64,000 nt of DNA. It comes from Anaerohalosphaeraceae bacterium (lineage in GTDB: Bacteria; Planctomycetota; Phycisphaerae; Sedimentisphaerales; Anaerohalosphaeraceae). Position 1 is the first letter of the stretch; every line of letters begins with the position of its first letter. Where the stretch lies: assembly GCA_963675525.2 (NCBI GenBank), contig CAXXSL010000013.1, forward strand, positions 352,001 to 416,000, read 5' to 3'. The translations under genes were made by a program, and so were the position numbers. Below are positions 1-9,829 of the stretch, in pieces. The notes under the pieces were generated by a model. It was not told where the DNA came from, searched no databases, and saw nothing but the letters and a program-made list of their open reading frames with translations.

Positions 1-3000
1 GCGGAGGGCGACGTTTTTGAAGGTTATCCGACTATAGGGCCGTGTCTGCAATTTGACGGAATCCAGTTTCTCTAACGGCAGGTTAAACTGATACGACGTG
101 GAAACGCCGTCTTCGAAATTCCGTGAAAAGCTTCCGGGCACACTGCCTTCCTGAAATGGATGCGGGTACTCTTTGCCGTCGGTGTCAATGGCAATCAGAC
201 GCACATCCTGATCTGTCATTGAATGAGAAACAGAGACAACTGTACGGCCGTCACGTTCAGCAATGGGAGAAATCGTGATTGGCTCATTAAACCCATCCGC
301 ATTATCCATTAGAAGCGAATTACCCTGCTTCGCTGTTGCAACGGTTTTCCATTCGCCTCCGGCTACGGCGACATCCAGATCACAGGTCATCAGCGATTGA
401 TCAAGCACCATCCAGAGCGAACAAAGATTTACCGTCTCCTGCCCTGGCTCAAAGTGCTGCATCTGAGCTGAGTATATACGCGGATTCGGCATGGCAGCCA
501 TTCGTGTATGAACAGCGCGCGTCTCCTCAAGCCCATTAAACCGTACCAGAAACTCATATCCCGCCTGCCCCTCAGCACAAGCATATTTACGTTCCTGCTC
601 AAAGAAAGGCAGCATCTCGTCAAGCAGCACCCCTTTCGCATTCCAGCATCGGCTTGGATCTGAAAAATCATAAACACCCAGCAGTTCGACGGTGACGCCG
701 TTGGGGAGGGTGGCTTTGTAGTTCGGAGTTTTGAGTTCGGAGTTTTGAGTTGACTCTTTTGGCCCCAGAGCAAACCCTTCGAATGTCGCCCAGAACAACG
801 GGCGTCTTTGCAGCTTAAAATGGCTTAGCTCTTTTTTATTCAGGCCCATGGCCGCTCCAGCATAAAGCACGCGCTGATCTTTTCGAAAATCGCCAATGAA
901 CTCATCACTCGCATCCACAGGATACTCATTTCCTTTTTTGTCAACCGCAACCAAACGTATTCCGAAATCCGGATCAAATTCCCAGAACATTCTGGCAACA
1001 ACCTGCTTTAATGGGCCTTTTGGAACCTCGTGCTGTATGGTCAGGTTATAGTTTCCGAAATCCTGCCCTTCTTTAATCGTCCCCACATCCGCCCAGGCAC
1101 CGTAACCCCAGGCACGTTTAACAATAAACGGCTGGCCAGATTCCAATTGAAAGGTTTTCCAGCCGTGAACATCATAAAAATTGCCGTCTGGTGCAGGGTG
1201 TTCATAGCCATCCTTGATTTTCATCTCGGGACGCTGGAGAACGTAGGCTAGTTCATAAATTTTTGCATTGTCCAATTGAAATTGTTTAAGCTTTGGCCCT
1301 TCGATAATCCCTCCATCCGGATCCCAGAAAACGATAGGGTTGTCGTTTGGCCTGAATAACGCAACAAGCTTGACCGCCTCACCGTCGGGGAGTATAGTGG
1401 TAAAGCTTTCGGTCTTGAGTTTGGAATTCTTTGTTAGTTCAAAATTGATGATTTTTTCTTCTTCCGAACCAAAAAGCTTGGTTAGCAAAATTTCACTTTC
1501 CGTTTTGTACCCATCCGCTTCGGCAACAACAAAATGTTCTTCATACCATGTTTTGTATTCGTAATGACCGCTTGAATCCGTAACGGTGGAGAATTTTCCG
1601 TCATCGTATTCTTTGTTATCTCCAACTTTCGCTCCGGCAATCGGCTTTCCGGTTTCGGTATCGGTGACGGTGCCGGTGATAGTAAAATCCCCACCATCCA
1701 CTTTCGGTTGGCCCGCTTCAGAAGAAAATAGTTTTTTGACATATTCCTTGTGCAATTTAATGACGCCATCATCTCCAATATCTTCCTTTTGATTTATCTC
1801 CCCGATAAATCCATAGCGTTGGATAATTGAATTATCTCTAAGTACCTGCAGCTCAAAAAGGCGATTGGGAGACGAGCCAATTTCTTTTAAATCTTTAAAG
1901 AATATCAGACGTGTCGTGTCTTCAGGCGTTAGCCTGAAAGTTCCCTTCGAAGTCTCGATAGCTTTTTTCTTATGTGCAGGATCATAGATTGCATATTCTT
2001 CCTTCCATCTACTTCCCTGTCGATAGATCTTGCCTATGATGTCGACCTTACCATTGTCAAAATTGCTTCGCGAAGGTCCGCTCACACCGGTTTTTCGTTC
2101 TACGCCGCCATTGTCTTCCTGAATAAATTTAGCGTGATAGTGATACAATAAGAACCTTTGGTTCTGGCAGCGGTCAATACGAATATGGAAATTGGCGGAA
2201 TCCTCCGTTTGTATTAGTTCGATCCATTGCACTGATGCAGGAGTTGTGATTCCATCGATATTATCCCGTTTCGGCCTGTTCGCCATCGGCATCACGCAGG
2301 TGGTCATAATGGCGACCAAGATTATGATAGTGGCAATGCGCAGGGGGCGGTTTTTCCAGGTGTTTTTTTCCAGCCATTTGAGACGCGCAACGAGCCATCT
2401 GGAGTTTTCGAACAATCCCAACAGCCCCAATCCCGGGTCGACCGGTTCGGCCAATAATCGTCTTGCCGTTTCCAACAGGGTTTGGCGATAATGAATCGTA
2501 TTTTCACGCAGCAGTTTGGACACCGTCGCATCGCAGCACAACTCACGGAGATTTTGCAAAGTTTTGCGAATCATCCACAGCAGCGGATTGAACCAGTAGG
2601 CAATCTGGAGAATCATGTAAACGGCATGGACCAGCAAATCGCCGCGTTTGATATGCGCCAGTTCGTGCAGGAGAATGTGTTCGGTGTCCTGTTTTGACAT
2701 CCTTTCAAATTTTTTCGCGGGCATCAGCAGAACGGGGCGAAAGACGCCGAATACCGCCGGGCAGGAAACCTTGTCTGTTAAAATCACCTGCGGCAGTCGT
2801 TTCAAATTCAGTTTCTGTGCGACTGCCTCAAGTTGTTCACTAAATCGCTCGGGCAACTGTTTCGGCTGCCGCTGGATTCCCGCCTGCGCGGGAATGACAG
2901 AAAGATGTTCTTTTCGCAAACCGGAAAGCCGTGCAATCAGCCACATTGATAATACCGTGATTCCCGCCAGCCAAACAAACATTGCATAGACTTTCCATGA

Positions 3001-3456
3001 AATAAACCCCCTCCTTCCTTCGGAGTACTGGCCCTTGACAGGAGGAGAGTTATCTGACCGCTCCCTCACGTTCGCGGCTCTGATTGAATCCGCATCCGTT
3101 GTTTCGGGAGCTGCGGCGGCGATTGTATTCTGTCCCTCGTGGACATCGATCCCTGCGCTCGCGCTTCGGGCTTTTGTTTCGGGAGTTTGCGGAGCGGGGT
3201 TGAACTGGATTTGGACAACTTTTTGTGCCGCAGCCGGAATATGCGAAGTCACGCTGGCCGGGCTGGTGAATGTCGGGGGAATCAGCAGTTTGACCAGTAC
3301 CAGCATCCACAACGCATACCGCACCTGCGGCCAGGCCCATTTACGAATCAGCAAATCGGCAATCCAGATAATCGCGATCAAGACCGCCGTCTGCCACAGC
3401 ATGGAAATTTGCCAGGTAAACCATTTATCCGCTATCGTATTCAGTAAACTCATCAT
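1..3456 (-). CDS. BlaR1/MecR1-like M56 metallopeptidase with large C-terminal sensor region (3' end outside window, at least 1152 aa)
   Basis: Hand-translated frame is open from the ATG at 3456 (ATGA overlap with the blaI stop) to position 1: MMSLLNTIADKWFTWQISMLWQ...RYALWMLVLVKLLIPP; zinc motif HILLHELAHIKRGD, WFNPLLW and RELCCDATV at about 2520-2700; carboxypeptidase-regulatory-like TITGTVTDTETGKPIAGA at about 1630-1690. Not in the ORF track because no stop lies in the window. Confidence 0.92.
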   Translation of the reverse strand, partial: MMSLLNTIADKWFTWQISMLWQTAVLIAIIWIADLLIRKWAWPQVRYALWMLVLVKLLIPPTFTSPASVTSHIPAAAQKVVQIQFNPAPQTPETKARSASAGIDVHEGQNTIAAAAPETTDADSIRAANVRERSDNSPPVKGQYSEGRRGFISWKVYAMFVWLAGITVLSMWLIARLSGLRKEHLSVIPAQAGIQRQPKQLPERFSEQLEAVAQKLNLKRLPQVILTDKVSCPAVFGVFRPVLLMPAKKFERMSKQDTEHILLHELAHIKRGDLLVHAVYMILQIAYWFNPLLWMIRKTLQNLRELCCDATVSKLLRENTIHYRQTLLETARRLLAEPVDPGLGLLGLFENSRWLVARLKWLEKNTWKNRPLRIATIIILVAIMTTCVMPMANRPKRDNIDGITTPASVQWIELIQTEDSANFHIRIDRCQNQRFLLYHYHAKFIQEDNGGVERKTGVSGPSRSNFDNGKVDIIGKIYRQGSRWKEEYAIYDPAHKKKAIETSKGTFRLTPEDTTRLIFFKDLKEIGSSPNRLFELQVLRDNSIIQRYGFIGEINQKEDIGDDGVIKLHKEYVKKLFSSEAGQPKVDGGDFTITGTVTDTETGKPIAGAKVGDNKEYDDGKFSTVTDSSGHYEYKTWYEEHFVVAEADGYKTESEILLTKLFGSEEEKIINFELTKNSKLKTESFTTILPDGEAVKLVALFRPNDNPIVFWDPDGGIIEGPKLKQFQLDNAKIYELAYVLQRPEMKIKDGYEHPAPDGNFYDVHGWKTFQLESGQPFIVKRAWGYGAWADVGTIKEGQDFGNYNLTIQHEVPKGPLKQVVARMFWEFDPDFGIRLVAVDKKGNEYPVDASDEFIGDFRKDQRVLYAGAAMGLNKKELSHFKLQRRPLFWATFEGFALGPKESTQNSELKTPNYKATLPNGVTVELLGVYDFSDPSRCWNAKGVLLDEMLPFFEQERKYACAEGQAGYEFLVRFNGLEETRAVHTRMAAMPNPRIYSAQMQHFEPGQETVNLCSLWMVLDQSLMTCDLDVAVAGGEWKTVATAKQGNSLLMDNADGFNEPITISPIAERDGRTVVSVSHSMTDQDVRLIAIDTDGKEYPHPFQEGSVPGSFSRNFEDGVSTSYQFNLPLEKLDSVKLQTRPYSRITFKNVALR
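718..752. repeat. Heptamer tandem repeat (AACTCAA/AACTCCG on minus strand) in frame in a BlaR1 inter-domain linker
   Basis: gttcggagttttgagttcggagttttgagtt; translates STQNSELKTPN. Confidence 0.7.
2872..2899 (-). repeat. Palindromic repeat (REP-D, GTCATTCCCGCGCAGGCGGGAATCCAG) in frame in blaR1
   Basis: ATTCCC-N8-GGGAAT hairpin; 26/27 identical to the intergenic copy at 37059-37085; encodes VIPAQAGIQ. Confidence 0.9.
3005..3051. repeat. Imperfect palindromic element (REP-C) in frame in blaR1
   Basis: aaccccctccttccttcggagtactggcccttgacaggaggagagtt; terminal arms ccctcct/aggagg; encodes NSPPVKGQYSEGRRGF. Single copy in the window. Confidence 0.55.
3057..3085 (-). repeat. REP-like palindrome (REP-B, AATCAGAGCCGCGAACGTGAGGGAGCGGT) in frame in blaR1
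   Basis: CCGC...GCGG stem preceded by AG, the same AGCC-led architecture as REP-A; encodes IRAANVRER. Single copy in the window. Confidence 0.65.
3151..3179. repeat. REP-A copy in frame in blaR1
   Basis: ccctgcgctcgcgcttcgggcttttgttt, 28/29 identical to 45608-45636 next to the RAYT-like transposase; encodes ETKARSASAG. Confidence 0.92.
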
Positions 3457-3842
3457 TTAGATTGCTCCTTTCCACCGTCCTTCTGCTCGCCTTCAGTCAA
3501 TGCCTGTAACAACTCTTCCTTTTGTTTTCCTGAGAGTTTCTCCTCTGCCACCAGAAAATGCATCAACGGCCCGAACGCCCCGTCAAAGGCCTGATTGGCC
3601 AGCGACTTGAGAGCACTCCGTTGTGCGTTTTGCCGTGTCAAAATCGGCTCATACAAACCGATATTGCCTTTTTTTGATTCTTTAACCGCGTTTTTATCGG
3701 TCAGTCGTGTCAACATGGTTTTGATAGTGGTGTAGGCCCAGTTGATGTCATCGGGCAAACGGCCGGCGATTTGCCGGGCCGTAGCGGGCCATTCGGACCA
3801 CAGGGCATTCATGATTTGCCATTCAGCTTCGGTTAATTTCAT
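3453..3842 (-). CDS. BlaI/MecI/CopY family transcriptional repressor
   Basis: MKLTEAEWQIMNALW...WAYTTIKTMLTRLTDK...FDGAFGPLMHFLV; AAGGAG RBS at 3850-3855; coupled to the M56 gene. Confidence 0.95.
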   Translation of the reverse strand: MKLTEAEWQIMNALWSEWPATARQIAGRLPDDINWAYTTIKTMLTRLTDKNAVKESKKGNIGLYEPILTRQNAQRSALKSLANQAFDGAFGPLMHFLVAEEKLSGKQKEELLQALTEGEQKDGGKEQSK

Positions 3843-3873
3843 CTTAAGACTCCTTAAAATTCAGCCAGTCTTC

Positions 3874-3917
3874 TACAAATGTAAAAGTAATTCTACTACA
3901 TATGTAGAAGCTGTCAA
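3874..3917 (-). promoter_or_regulatory. sigma70 promoter of blaI-blaR1 with two BlaI/CopY-type operators
   Basis: Minus strand TTGACA (3917-3912), 16 bp, TAGAAT (3895-3890); TACA-NN-TGTA boxes at 3874-3883 and 3897-3906. Confidence 0.85.
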
Positions 3918-4109
3918 GGGTGAAAATGTTTCAACTAAAAATATTTTTGTGTAATTTGAAAATTCTCAAAGAAGGCCGACTTCCGTCAGTCAATTATGTT
4001 AGAATGTTCAGATTAATTACCCTCTGATGGATTCAAAGCTTGTTTTTTAGCCCTGATTTTGCTATCCTATCTGTCTTTAACCCGAAGAAATCGACATTAT
4101 GAGGCTATT

Positions 4110-4646
4110 TTGGGCGATAATAACAATCAACAGGGGTTTGTACTGTGGCTGACCGGGCTGTCCGGCTCCGGAAAGACAACACTGGCAGAAAATCTTTATG
4201 CGGAGATCAGCCGCTTGGGCAAGAAGGTCGAACGGTTGGACGGCGATGTTCTTCGGGGTGTTTTTCCGAATACCGGATTTTCTAAAGAGGCCCGCGACGA
4301 ACACATCCGGCGGGTTGGTTTTATGGCATCGCGACTGGAACATCACGGGGTCATTGTCATCGCCTCATTCATATCGCCCTACCGCCAGGCCCGCGATTTT
4401 GTCCGGGGTCTGTGCGGCAATTTAATCGAGGTCTATATTAAAGCTTCGATTGATGAATGTAAGCGTCGTGATGTAAAGGGTTTATACAAAAAAGCTCTGA
4501 GTGGCGAGATTAAGTCCTTTACCGGAATTGACGATCCATATGAAGAGCCGACACAGCCGGAACTTGTGGTCGACACTGAACAACAAACCATTGATGAATC
4601 GGTTCGGCAAGTAATGGATTATCTGAAACCTTATTTACAGGATTAA
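4110..4646 (+). CDS. cysC: Adenylyl-sulfate kinase
   Basis: WLTGLSGSGKTT, LDGD, ISPY, RDVKGLYKKA, FTGIDDPYEEP; TTG start at 4110 chosen for the upstream GAGG (track start 4059). Confidence 0.95.
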   Translation: MGDNNNQQGFVLWLTGLSGSGKTTLAENLYAEISRLGKKVERLDGDVLRGVFPNTGFSKEARDEHIRRVGFMASRLEHHGVIVIASFISPYRQARDFVRGLCGNLIEVYIKASIDECKRRDVKGLYKKALSGEIKSFTGIDDPYEEPTQPELVVDTEQQTIDESVRQVMDYLKPYLQD

Positions 4647-4649
4647 AAC

Positions 4650-5531
4650 GTGGATCATTTGGATCATCTGGAAAGTTTGGGCATTCATATTCTGCGGGAA
4701 GCGTACGCAAACTTCAAGAATATGTGTATGCTCTGGTCGATCGGCAAAGACAGCACGGTTTTACTCTGGCTGGCCCGCAAGGCATTCCTGGGACATGTGC
4801 CGTTTCCGCTGGTGCATATTGATACGCACTTTAAGATCCCGGAGATGATCGAATACCGCGACCGACTGACCAAAGAGTGGCACCTGGATATGGTCTTCGG
4901 CGAAAATCGCGAGGCGCTGGATGCGAAGAAAACCTATCCGGACGGCAACGCCGACCGGCTATCCTGCTGTAAAATGCTTAAAACCGATGCGCTGCGGCAT
5001 ACGCTCAGCGGACAGTGGCCGCGGTATCGTTTCAATCACACGCAGGGCCGTTATGAAGTGGATGCCAACACGGAACCGTTTACCGGCGTCATTGTCGGGC
5101 TGCGAGCCGACGAAGAAGGCTCACGCTCAAAAGAACGCTACTTTTCACCGCGTGATCGTCAGAATGAATGGGACATTGCCGATCAGCCGCCGGAGTTCTG
5201 GAACCAGTTTAAAACGGATTTTTCTCCCGGCACACATGTTCGCGTTCATCCGCTGCTGGACTGGACAGAATTGAATATCTGGGAATACATCGACCGGGAA
5301 AAGATTCCCACCGTTTCGCTCTATTATGATCAGGGTGAAGGCAAAAGATACCGTTCACTAGGGTGTTACCCTTGTACGTACCCGATCGATTCAAAGGCGA
5401 AAAATCCGAAAGAGATCATCAAAGAGCTGCGCAGCGGCCAACTGTCGAACATTGCCGAACGTTCCGGCCGGGCGCAGGATGCCGAAGACGGCGGCGGGCT
5501 GGAAACACTCAGACGTGAAGGATACATGTAA
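4650..5531 (+). CDS. cysD: Sulfate adenylyltransferase subunit 2
   Basis: [38 protein letters not shown], terminal REGYM. Confidence 0.95.
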   Translation: MDHLDHLESLGIHILREAYANFKNMCMLWSIGKDSTVLLWLARKAFLGHVPFPLVHIDTHFKIPEMIEYRDRLTKEWHLDMVFGENREALDAKKTYPDGNADRLSCCKMLKTDALRHTLSGQWPRYRFNHTQGRYEVDANTEPFTGVIVGLRADEEGSRSKERYFSPRDRQNEWDIADQPPEFWNQFKTDFSPGTHVRVHPLLDWTELNIWEYIDREKIPTVSLYYDQGEGKRYRSLGCYPCTYPIDSKAKNPKEIIKELRSGQLSNIAERSGRAQDAEDGGGLETLRREGYM

Positions 5532-5752
5532 TGAAAGTCCATGCAAAAGCGAATCGAAGTCTTGCCAAAACGGTCACGTGGCGGGTTCTGGCCACCTTTA
5601 CGACGATGTTGTTGGTGTGGATCGCCTTTGGCGAAATTGATAAAGCCATAGGCGTCGGGCTTGTGGAGTTTGTTGTCAAAATGATTATCTATTACAGCCA
5701 CGAACGGGTATGGGCACGAATTTCATGGGGATTGGTACCGTATGACAAATAA
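5531..5752 (+). CDS. Small DUF2061-like membrane protein
   Basis: [10 protein letters not shown]...[14 protein letters not shown]; overlaps both cysD and cysN. Confidence 0.8.
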   Translation: MKVHAKANRSLAKTVTWRVLATFTTMLLVWIAFGEIDKAIGVGLVEFVVKMIIYYSHERVWARISWGLVPYDK

Positions 5753-7544
5753 AAACGAGCAAATGAATATTGTCATCGCCGGGCATGTGGACCACGGCAA
5801 GAGCACCGTCATAGGCAGACTGCTGGCCGATACGGGCTCGCTGCCGAAAGGCAAATTGGAACAGGTCAAAGAAACCTGTCGGCGAAACAGCAAACCGTTT
5901 GAATACGCGTTTCTGCTGGACGCACTCAAAGACGAACAGTCCCAGGGTATCACGATCGATGCGGCCCGCGTATTCTTCAAAACTGGCAAACGGCATTACA
6001 TCATCATCGACGCACCCGGCCATATCGAATTCCTGAAGAATATGGTGACCGGCGCCTCTCATGCTGAAGCAGCGCTTTTGGTTATTGACGCAGAAGAAGG
6101 CGTTCAGGAAAATTCACGCCGGCACGGGTATATGATTTCCATGCTGGGCATAAAACAAATGGTTGTGCTGGTCAATAAAATGGACCTGGTGAACTATGAC
6201 CAGCAGGTCTTTAACGCCATTGTCAACGAATACACTGACTTTTTAAACGGCATCGGCCTGACCGCGAAAGCCTTCCTTCCGGTCAGCGGCATGGAAGGCG
6301 ATGCGATCGCGGCCTTGACTGACAAAATGCCGTGGTATCAAGGGCAGACTGTACTTGAATCACTGGACAGTTTTGAAAAAGAACCACTGCCGGTTGACAA
6401 GCCTTTCCGAATGCCGGTGCAGGATGTGTATAAATTTACCAAAGCCGGAGATAAACGCCGGATTATCGCCGGAACGGTCGATACCGGAACGGTCACCGTG
6501 GGCGACGAAATCATCTTCTATCCATCGGGCAAACGGAGTACCGTCAAATCACTGGAATGCTTTAAAGCCCAATCGCCCGCCAAGTTTTCTGCCGGCAGCG
6601 CTGCCAGTCTGACACTGGACCAGCAAATCTATATCGCACGCGGCCAACTTGCCGCCCGGGCCGATCAACCCGCTCCTAAAGTCAGTAAACGCCTTCGCGT
6701 CAACCTGTTCTGGATGGGTAAACAGCCAATGGAGAGGGGCAAAACCTATATCCTGAAAGTCGGAACCGTCAAAGAACCTGTTTGCGTCGAAGAGATCACC
6801 AGCGTCATGGATGCTTCGGACCTAAGTTCGGCACATCAGAAAGACAGCATCGAATATCACGACGTTGCCGAATGCATTCTTTCCTGTCAACATGCGATCG
6901 CTTTTGATATCATCGAAGACGTTCCTGCCACGGGCCGATTCGTCATCGTCGATGACTATGAGATTCGCGGCGGCGGCATCATTCGCGAATCACTGGCCGA
7001 TGAACAGGAGCAAATGCGCCAGCAGGTCATGCAGCGTAACCTGAAATGGGAATCGAGTACGATCTGTCGGGAAAATCGCTGGGAACGCTATAATCAGAAG
7101 GCCGCACTGATTTTGATAACGGGTAAACGCAATGTCGGCAAGAAAACGCTGGCCCGAGCGATCGAGCAACAACTTTTTGCAGACGGCAAAATGGTTTACT
7201 TTATGGGCATTGCCAATGTGCTTTACGGCGTGGACGCAGACATCAAAAAGCCGGGCACCGACCAGTCACATCGCCCCGAACACCTTCGCCGATTAGCGGA
7301 AGTGGCCAACATCTTACTGGACGCCGGGGTAATTCTCATCGTCACCGCCATCGGCTTGACACAAAAAGACCTGGAGATCATTCAGAACGTTGTGGACAGT
7401 GACCTGATCGAACCGGTCTGGCTGGGAAGTGAGCCAAGTGATATTAATTTCGCCATGAAGGTACCGGGCCTAAATGACCTTGATGATACGCTGAACCGTG
7501 TCAAGGCCCTGCTACAAAATAAGGGCATTATCTTCAAGCCTTAA
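5742..7544 (+). CDS. cysN: Sulfate adenylyltransferase subunit 1 (GTPase) with degenerate C-terminal APS-kinase-like domain
   Basis: [33 protein letters not shown]-terminal [11 protein letters not shown] and HLRRLAEVA. Confidence 0.93.
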   Translation: MTNKNEQMNIVIAGHVDHGKSTVIGRLLADTGSLPKGKLEQVKETCRRNSKPFEYAFLLDALKDEQSQGITIDAARVFFKTGKRHYIIIDAPGHIEFLKNMVTGASHAEAALLVIDAEEGVQENSRRHGYMISMLGIKQMVVLVNKMDLVNYDQQVFNAIVNEYTDFLNGIGLTAKAFLPVSGMEGDAIAALTDKMPWYQGQTVLESLDSFEKEPLPVDKPFRMPVQDVYKFTKAGDKRRIIAGTVDTGTVTVGDEIIFYPSGKRSTVKSLECFKAQSPAKFSAGSAASLTLDQQIYIARGQLAARADQPAPKVSKRLRVNLFWMGKQPMERGKTYILKVGTVKEPVCVEEITSVMDASDLSSAHQKDSIEYHDVAECILSCQHAIAFDIIEDVPATGRFVIVDDYEIRGGGIIRESLADEQEQMRQQVMQRNLKWESSTICRENRWERYNQKAALILITGKRNVGKKTLARAIEQQLFADGKMVYFMGIANVLYGVDADIKKPGTDQSHRPEHLRRLAEVANILLDAGVILIVTAIGLTQKDLEIIQNVVDSDLIEPVWLGSEPSDINFAMKVPGLNDLDDTLNRVKALLQNKGIIFKP

Positions 7545-7558
7545 AGGAAAACAACCGG

Positions 7559-8329
7559 ATGATCGATTATTCAGAGGTGTTGAAACGGATTGAAAAAGCA
7601 CTTGCCGCCGGAACGGAGGTGCTGAAAGACTTCACCCCCGGTAAAATTCAATCAACCCTAAAGGATGGCGGCGACCCGGTTACCGAGGCCGATTTACTAC
7701 TTGATCATGTCTTAAAAAAAGAACTCTTGCGAGACGGCGAAGGCTGGCTTTCGGAAGAAACCGTCGACGACCAGTCCCGCCTGGAAAAAGAATGTGTTTG
7801 GATCGTTGACCCACTGGATGGAACGCGAGAGTTTATTCAGGGAGTCCCGGAGTGGTGCATATCGATCGCATATGTGGCAAATGGCCGGCCCGAAGCAGCC
7901 GGCATCTGCAACCCGGAAACGGATGAAACATTTTTGGGCACACGCATATCAGGGGTCACGCTAAACGGTCAGCCGGTTCATGTCAGTGATAAAGCAGACC
8001 TGCAGACAGCAAGGGTACTTGCAAGCCGCAGCGAAGTCAAACGAGGCGAATGGGAGCGGTTTGAAGGGGCCTTCGAGATGGTCGCGATGGGGTCAGTCGC
8101 TTACAAACTGGCACGGGTAGCAGCGGGATTGGATGATGCAACATTTACCCTGGTGCCGAAGAATGAATGGGATGTGGCGGCCGGCTGGCTGCTGGTCGAG
8201 GCGGCCGGCGGAATTATTATAGATAAAAGTGGAACCACTCGGACATTCAATCAGCCACAATCCTTACTGAGCGGACTTATATCCGCAAACCCGATTTTGC
8301 ATAAAAAACTTCTTCAGCTCTGTAGTTAA
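7559..8329 (+). CDS. cysQ: 3'(2'),5'-bisphosphate nucleotidase, inositol monophosphatase family
   Basis: PVTEAD, LSEE, WIVDPLDGTREF, EWDVAAG; cys operon context. Confidence 0.85.
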   Translation: MIDYSEVLKRIEKALAAGTEVLKDFTPGKIQSTLKDGGDPVTEADLLLDHVLKKELLRDGEGWLSEETVDDQSRLEKECVWIVDPLDGTREFIQGVPEWCISIAYVANGRPEAAGICNPETDETFLGTRISGVTLNGQPVHVSDKADLQTARVLASRSEVKRGEWERFEGAFEMVAMGSVAYKLARVAAGLDDATFTLVPKNEWDVAAGWLLVEAAGGIIIDKSGTTRTFNQPQSLLSGLISANPILHKKLLQLCS

Positions 8330-8431
8330 CTCTTGCTTTAGGCACAATTTTTTTCTAAAATCATTGACAGGGCTGATAAGCTATTAATAATAGCAAAAGA
8401 GCTAATTATCTAATCTTGCAGAGGAAGAGCT

Positions 8432-9829
8432 TTGCTAAAACGATATTTTGCAATTGTGAATTTCATCCGTATCGGAACCGACGTTGCCAGCATCGCAATA
8501 CTCTGGAATTTGGTCTATTTTATAAGGTTTTACACAGGCCTTTTTGACTACTCAACCATCCCTTCCTACCAACGACATTTGATATTATCTGTTCCCGTTG
8601 TGATTATTATGTATCTATGCAGACTATGGGTGGGCATCTATGAATCCATGCGAATCCAAAGCGCCTTTGAGCTGCTCAGAAAACAAATTGAATCCATTGT
8701 TCTGGGGTATCTTTTTGTTATTTTTTTCCTCTATTACAGCGAGAGCGTCCCCTATACAAGAGTTCTTTTGCTTCTATTTTTCATTTTTTTGACAACTGGC
8801 CTGCTGATTTCTCAAATGTTGACGGTTTTGATTCTGCGGTATTTCCGTTCGAAGGGTTATAATCAACGGTTTTACGGGATTATCGGAACGGGCAAAGCCG
8901 CATTAAAACTTTTGCATGACATCCGCAGGAATAGTTATTTCGGACTCCAGTGTCTTTTTTTTATTGACGACAAACCGCAATTGGAAGGGAAGCGATTGCA
9001 GGGAATCAGAATCTTCGGAGATATCAGTAAACTGCCTGAGATTGTCAAAGAAAACAAGATCGACGAGATTTATTTAGCCAAAAACGGGTCCGACACCACA
9101 ACAATCTACCCGCTTCTTGAAGAACTGCAATGCTCAGGCATCACGGTTCGGATTCTGCCGGACTGGAGCGGACTGACAGCATTAGGGAAAGCCTCCACCG
9201 TCACAATCGGCTCCAGTGTTCTTTTTGCGTCCTCAGATTGTACGCTTTCAGGAGCAAACAACATTCTCAAAAGCATTTTTGACCGTATGGTTGCGTTTAT
9301 TTTATTGTGTCTGTTTTGTCTTCCGATGCTGGTCATTGCAATATTGGTCAAACTTAGCAGTAAAGGTCCTTTTTTCTATAAACAAAAACGCGTTGGCATG
9401 GATCGATGTGTCTTTGAAATACTCAAATTTCGTACCATGGAAACCACACACACAGAAACTCCCGGCTGGACCGTCAAAAACGACCCACGCCGAACCAGAA
9501 TTGGAACTTTTCTACGGTCAACCAGCCTTGATGAACTGCCTCAATTGATTAATGTCATCAAAGGAGAAATGAGTCTTGTGGGACCCCGACCGGAGCAACC
9601 TCACTACGTCGAAAAATTCTCTGAAGAGTATAAGAGATATATGTTTCGGCATAAGGTTAAGTCAGGGATGACCGGCTGGGCACAGATTCATGGTTTTCGT
9701 GGAGATACTTCTCTTCGAAAACGTATTCAATATGATATTTACTATATTCGAAACTGGTCTGTCTGGCTGGACATTCTAATTCTTATCCGAACACCCTTTC
9801 AACTCATTAAGCACAAACATGAATATTAA
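8432..9829 (+). CDS. Undecaprenyl-phosphate glucose phosphotransferase (WcaJ-like priming enzyme)
   Basis: N-terminal TM helices; KFRTM, DPRRTRIG, SLDELPQLINV, GEMSLVGPRPE, GMTGWAQ, DIYYIRNWS. Confidence 0.92.
   Translation: MLKRYFAIVNFIRIGTDVASIAILWNLVYFIRFYTGLFDYSTIPSYQRHLILSVPVVIIMYLCRLWVGIYESMRIQSAFELLRKQIESIVLGYLFVIFFLYYSESVPYTRVLLLLFFIFLTTGLLISQMLTVLILRYFRSKGYNQRFYGIIGTGKAALKLLHDIRRNSYFGLQCLFFIDDKPQLEGKRLQGIRIFGDISKLPEIVKENKIDEIYLAKNGSDTTTIYPLLEELQCSGITVRILPDWSGLTALGKASTVTIGSSVLFASSDCTLSGANNILKSIFDRMVAFILLCLFCLPMLVIAILVKLSSKGPFFYKQKRVGMDRCVFEILKFRTMETTHTETPGWTVKNDPRRTRIGTFLRSTSLDELPQLINVIKGEMSLVGPRPEQPHYVEKFSEEYKRYMFRHKVKSGMTGWAQIHGFRGDTSLRKRIQYDIYYIRNWSVWLDILILIRTPFQLIKHKHEY

Noticed and set aside
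336..3460. Many small ORFs in the track
   Set aside because: All overlap the single long minus-strand M56 frame.
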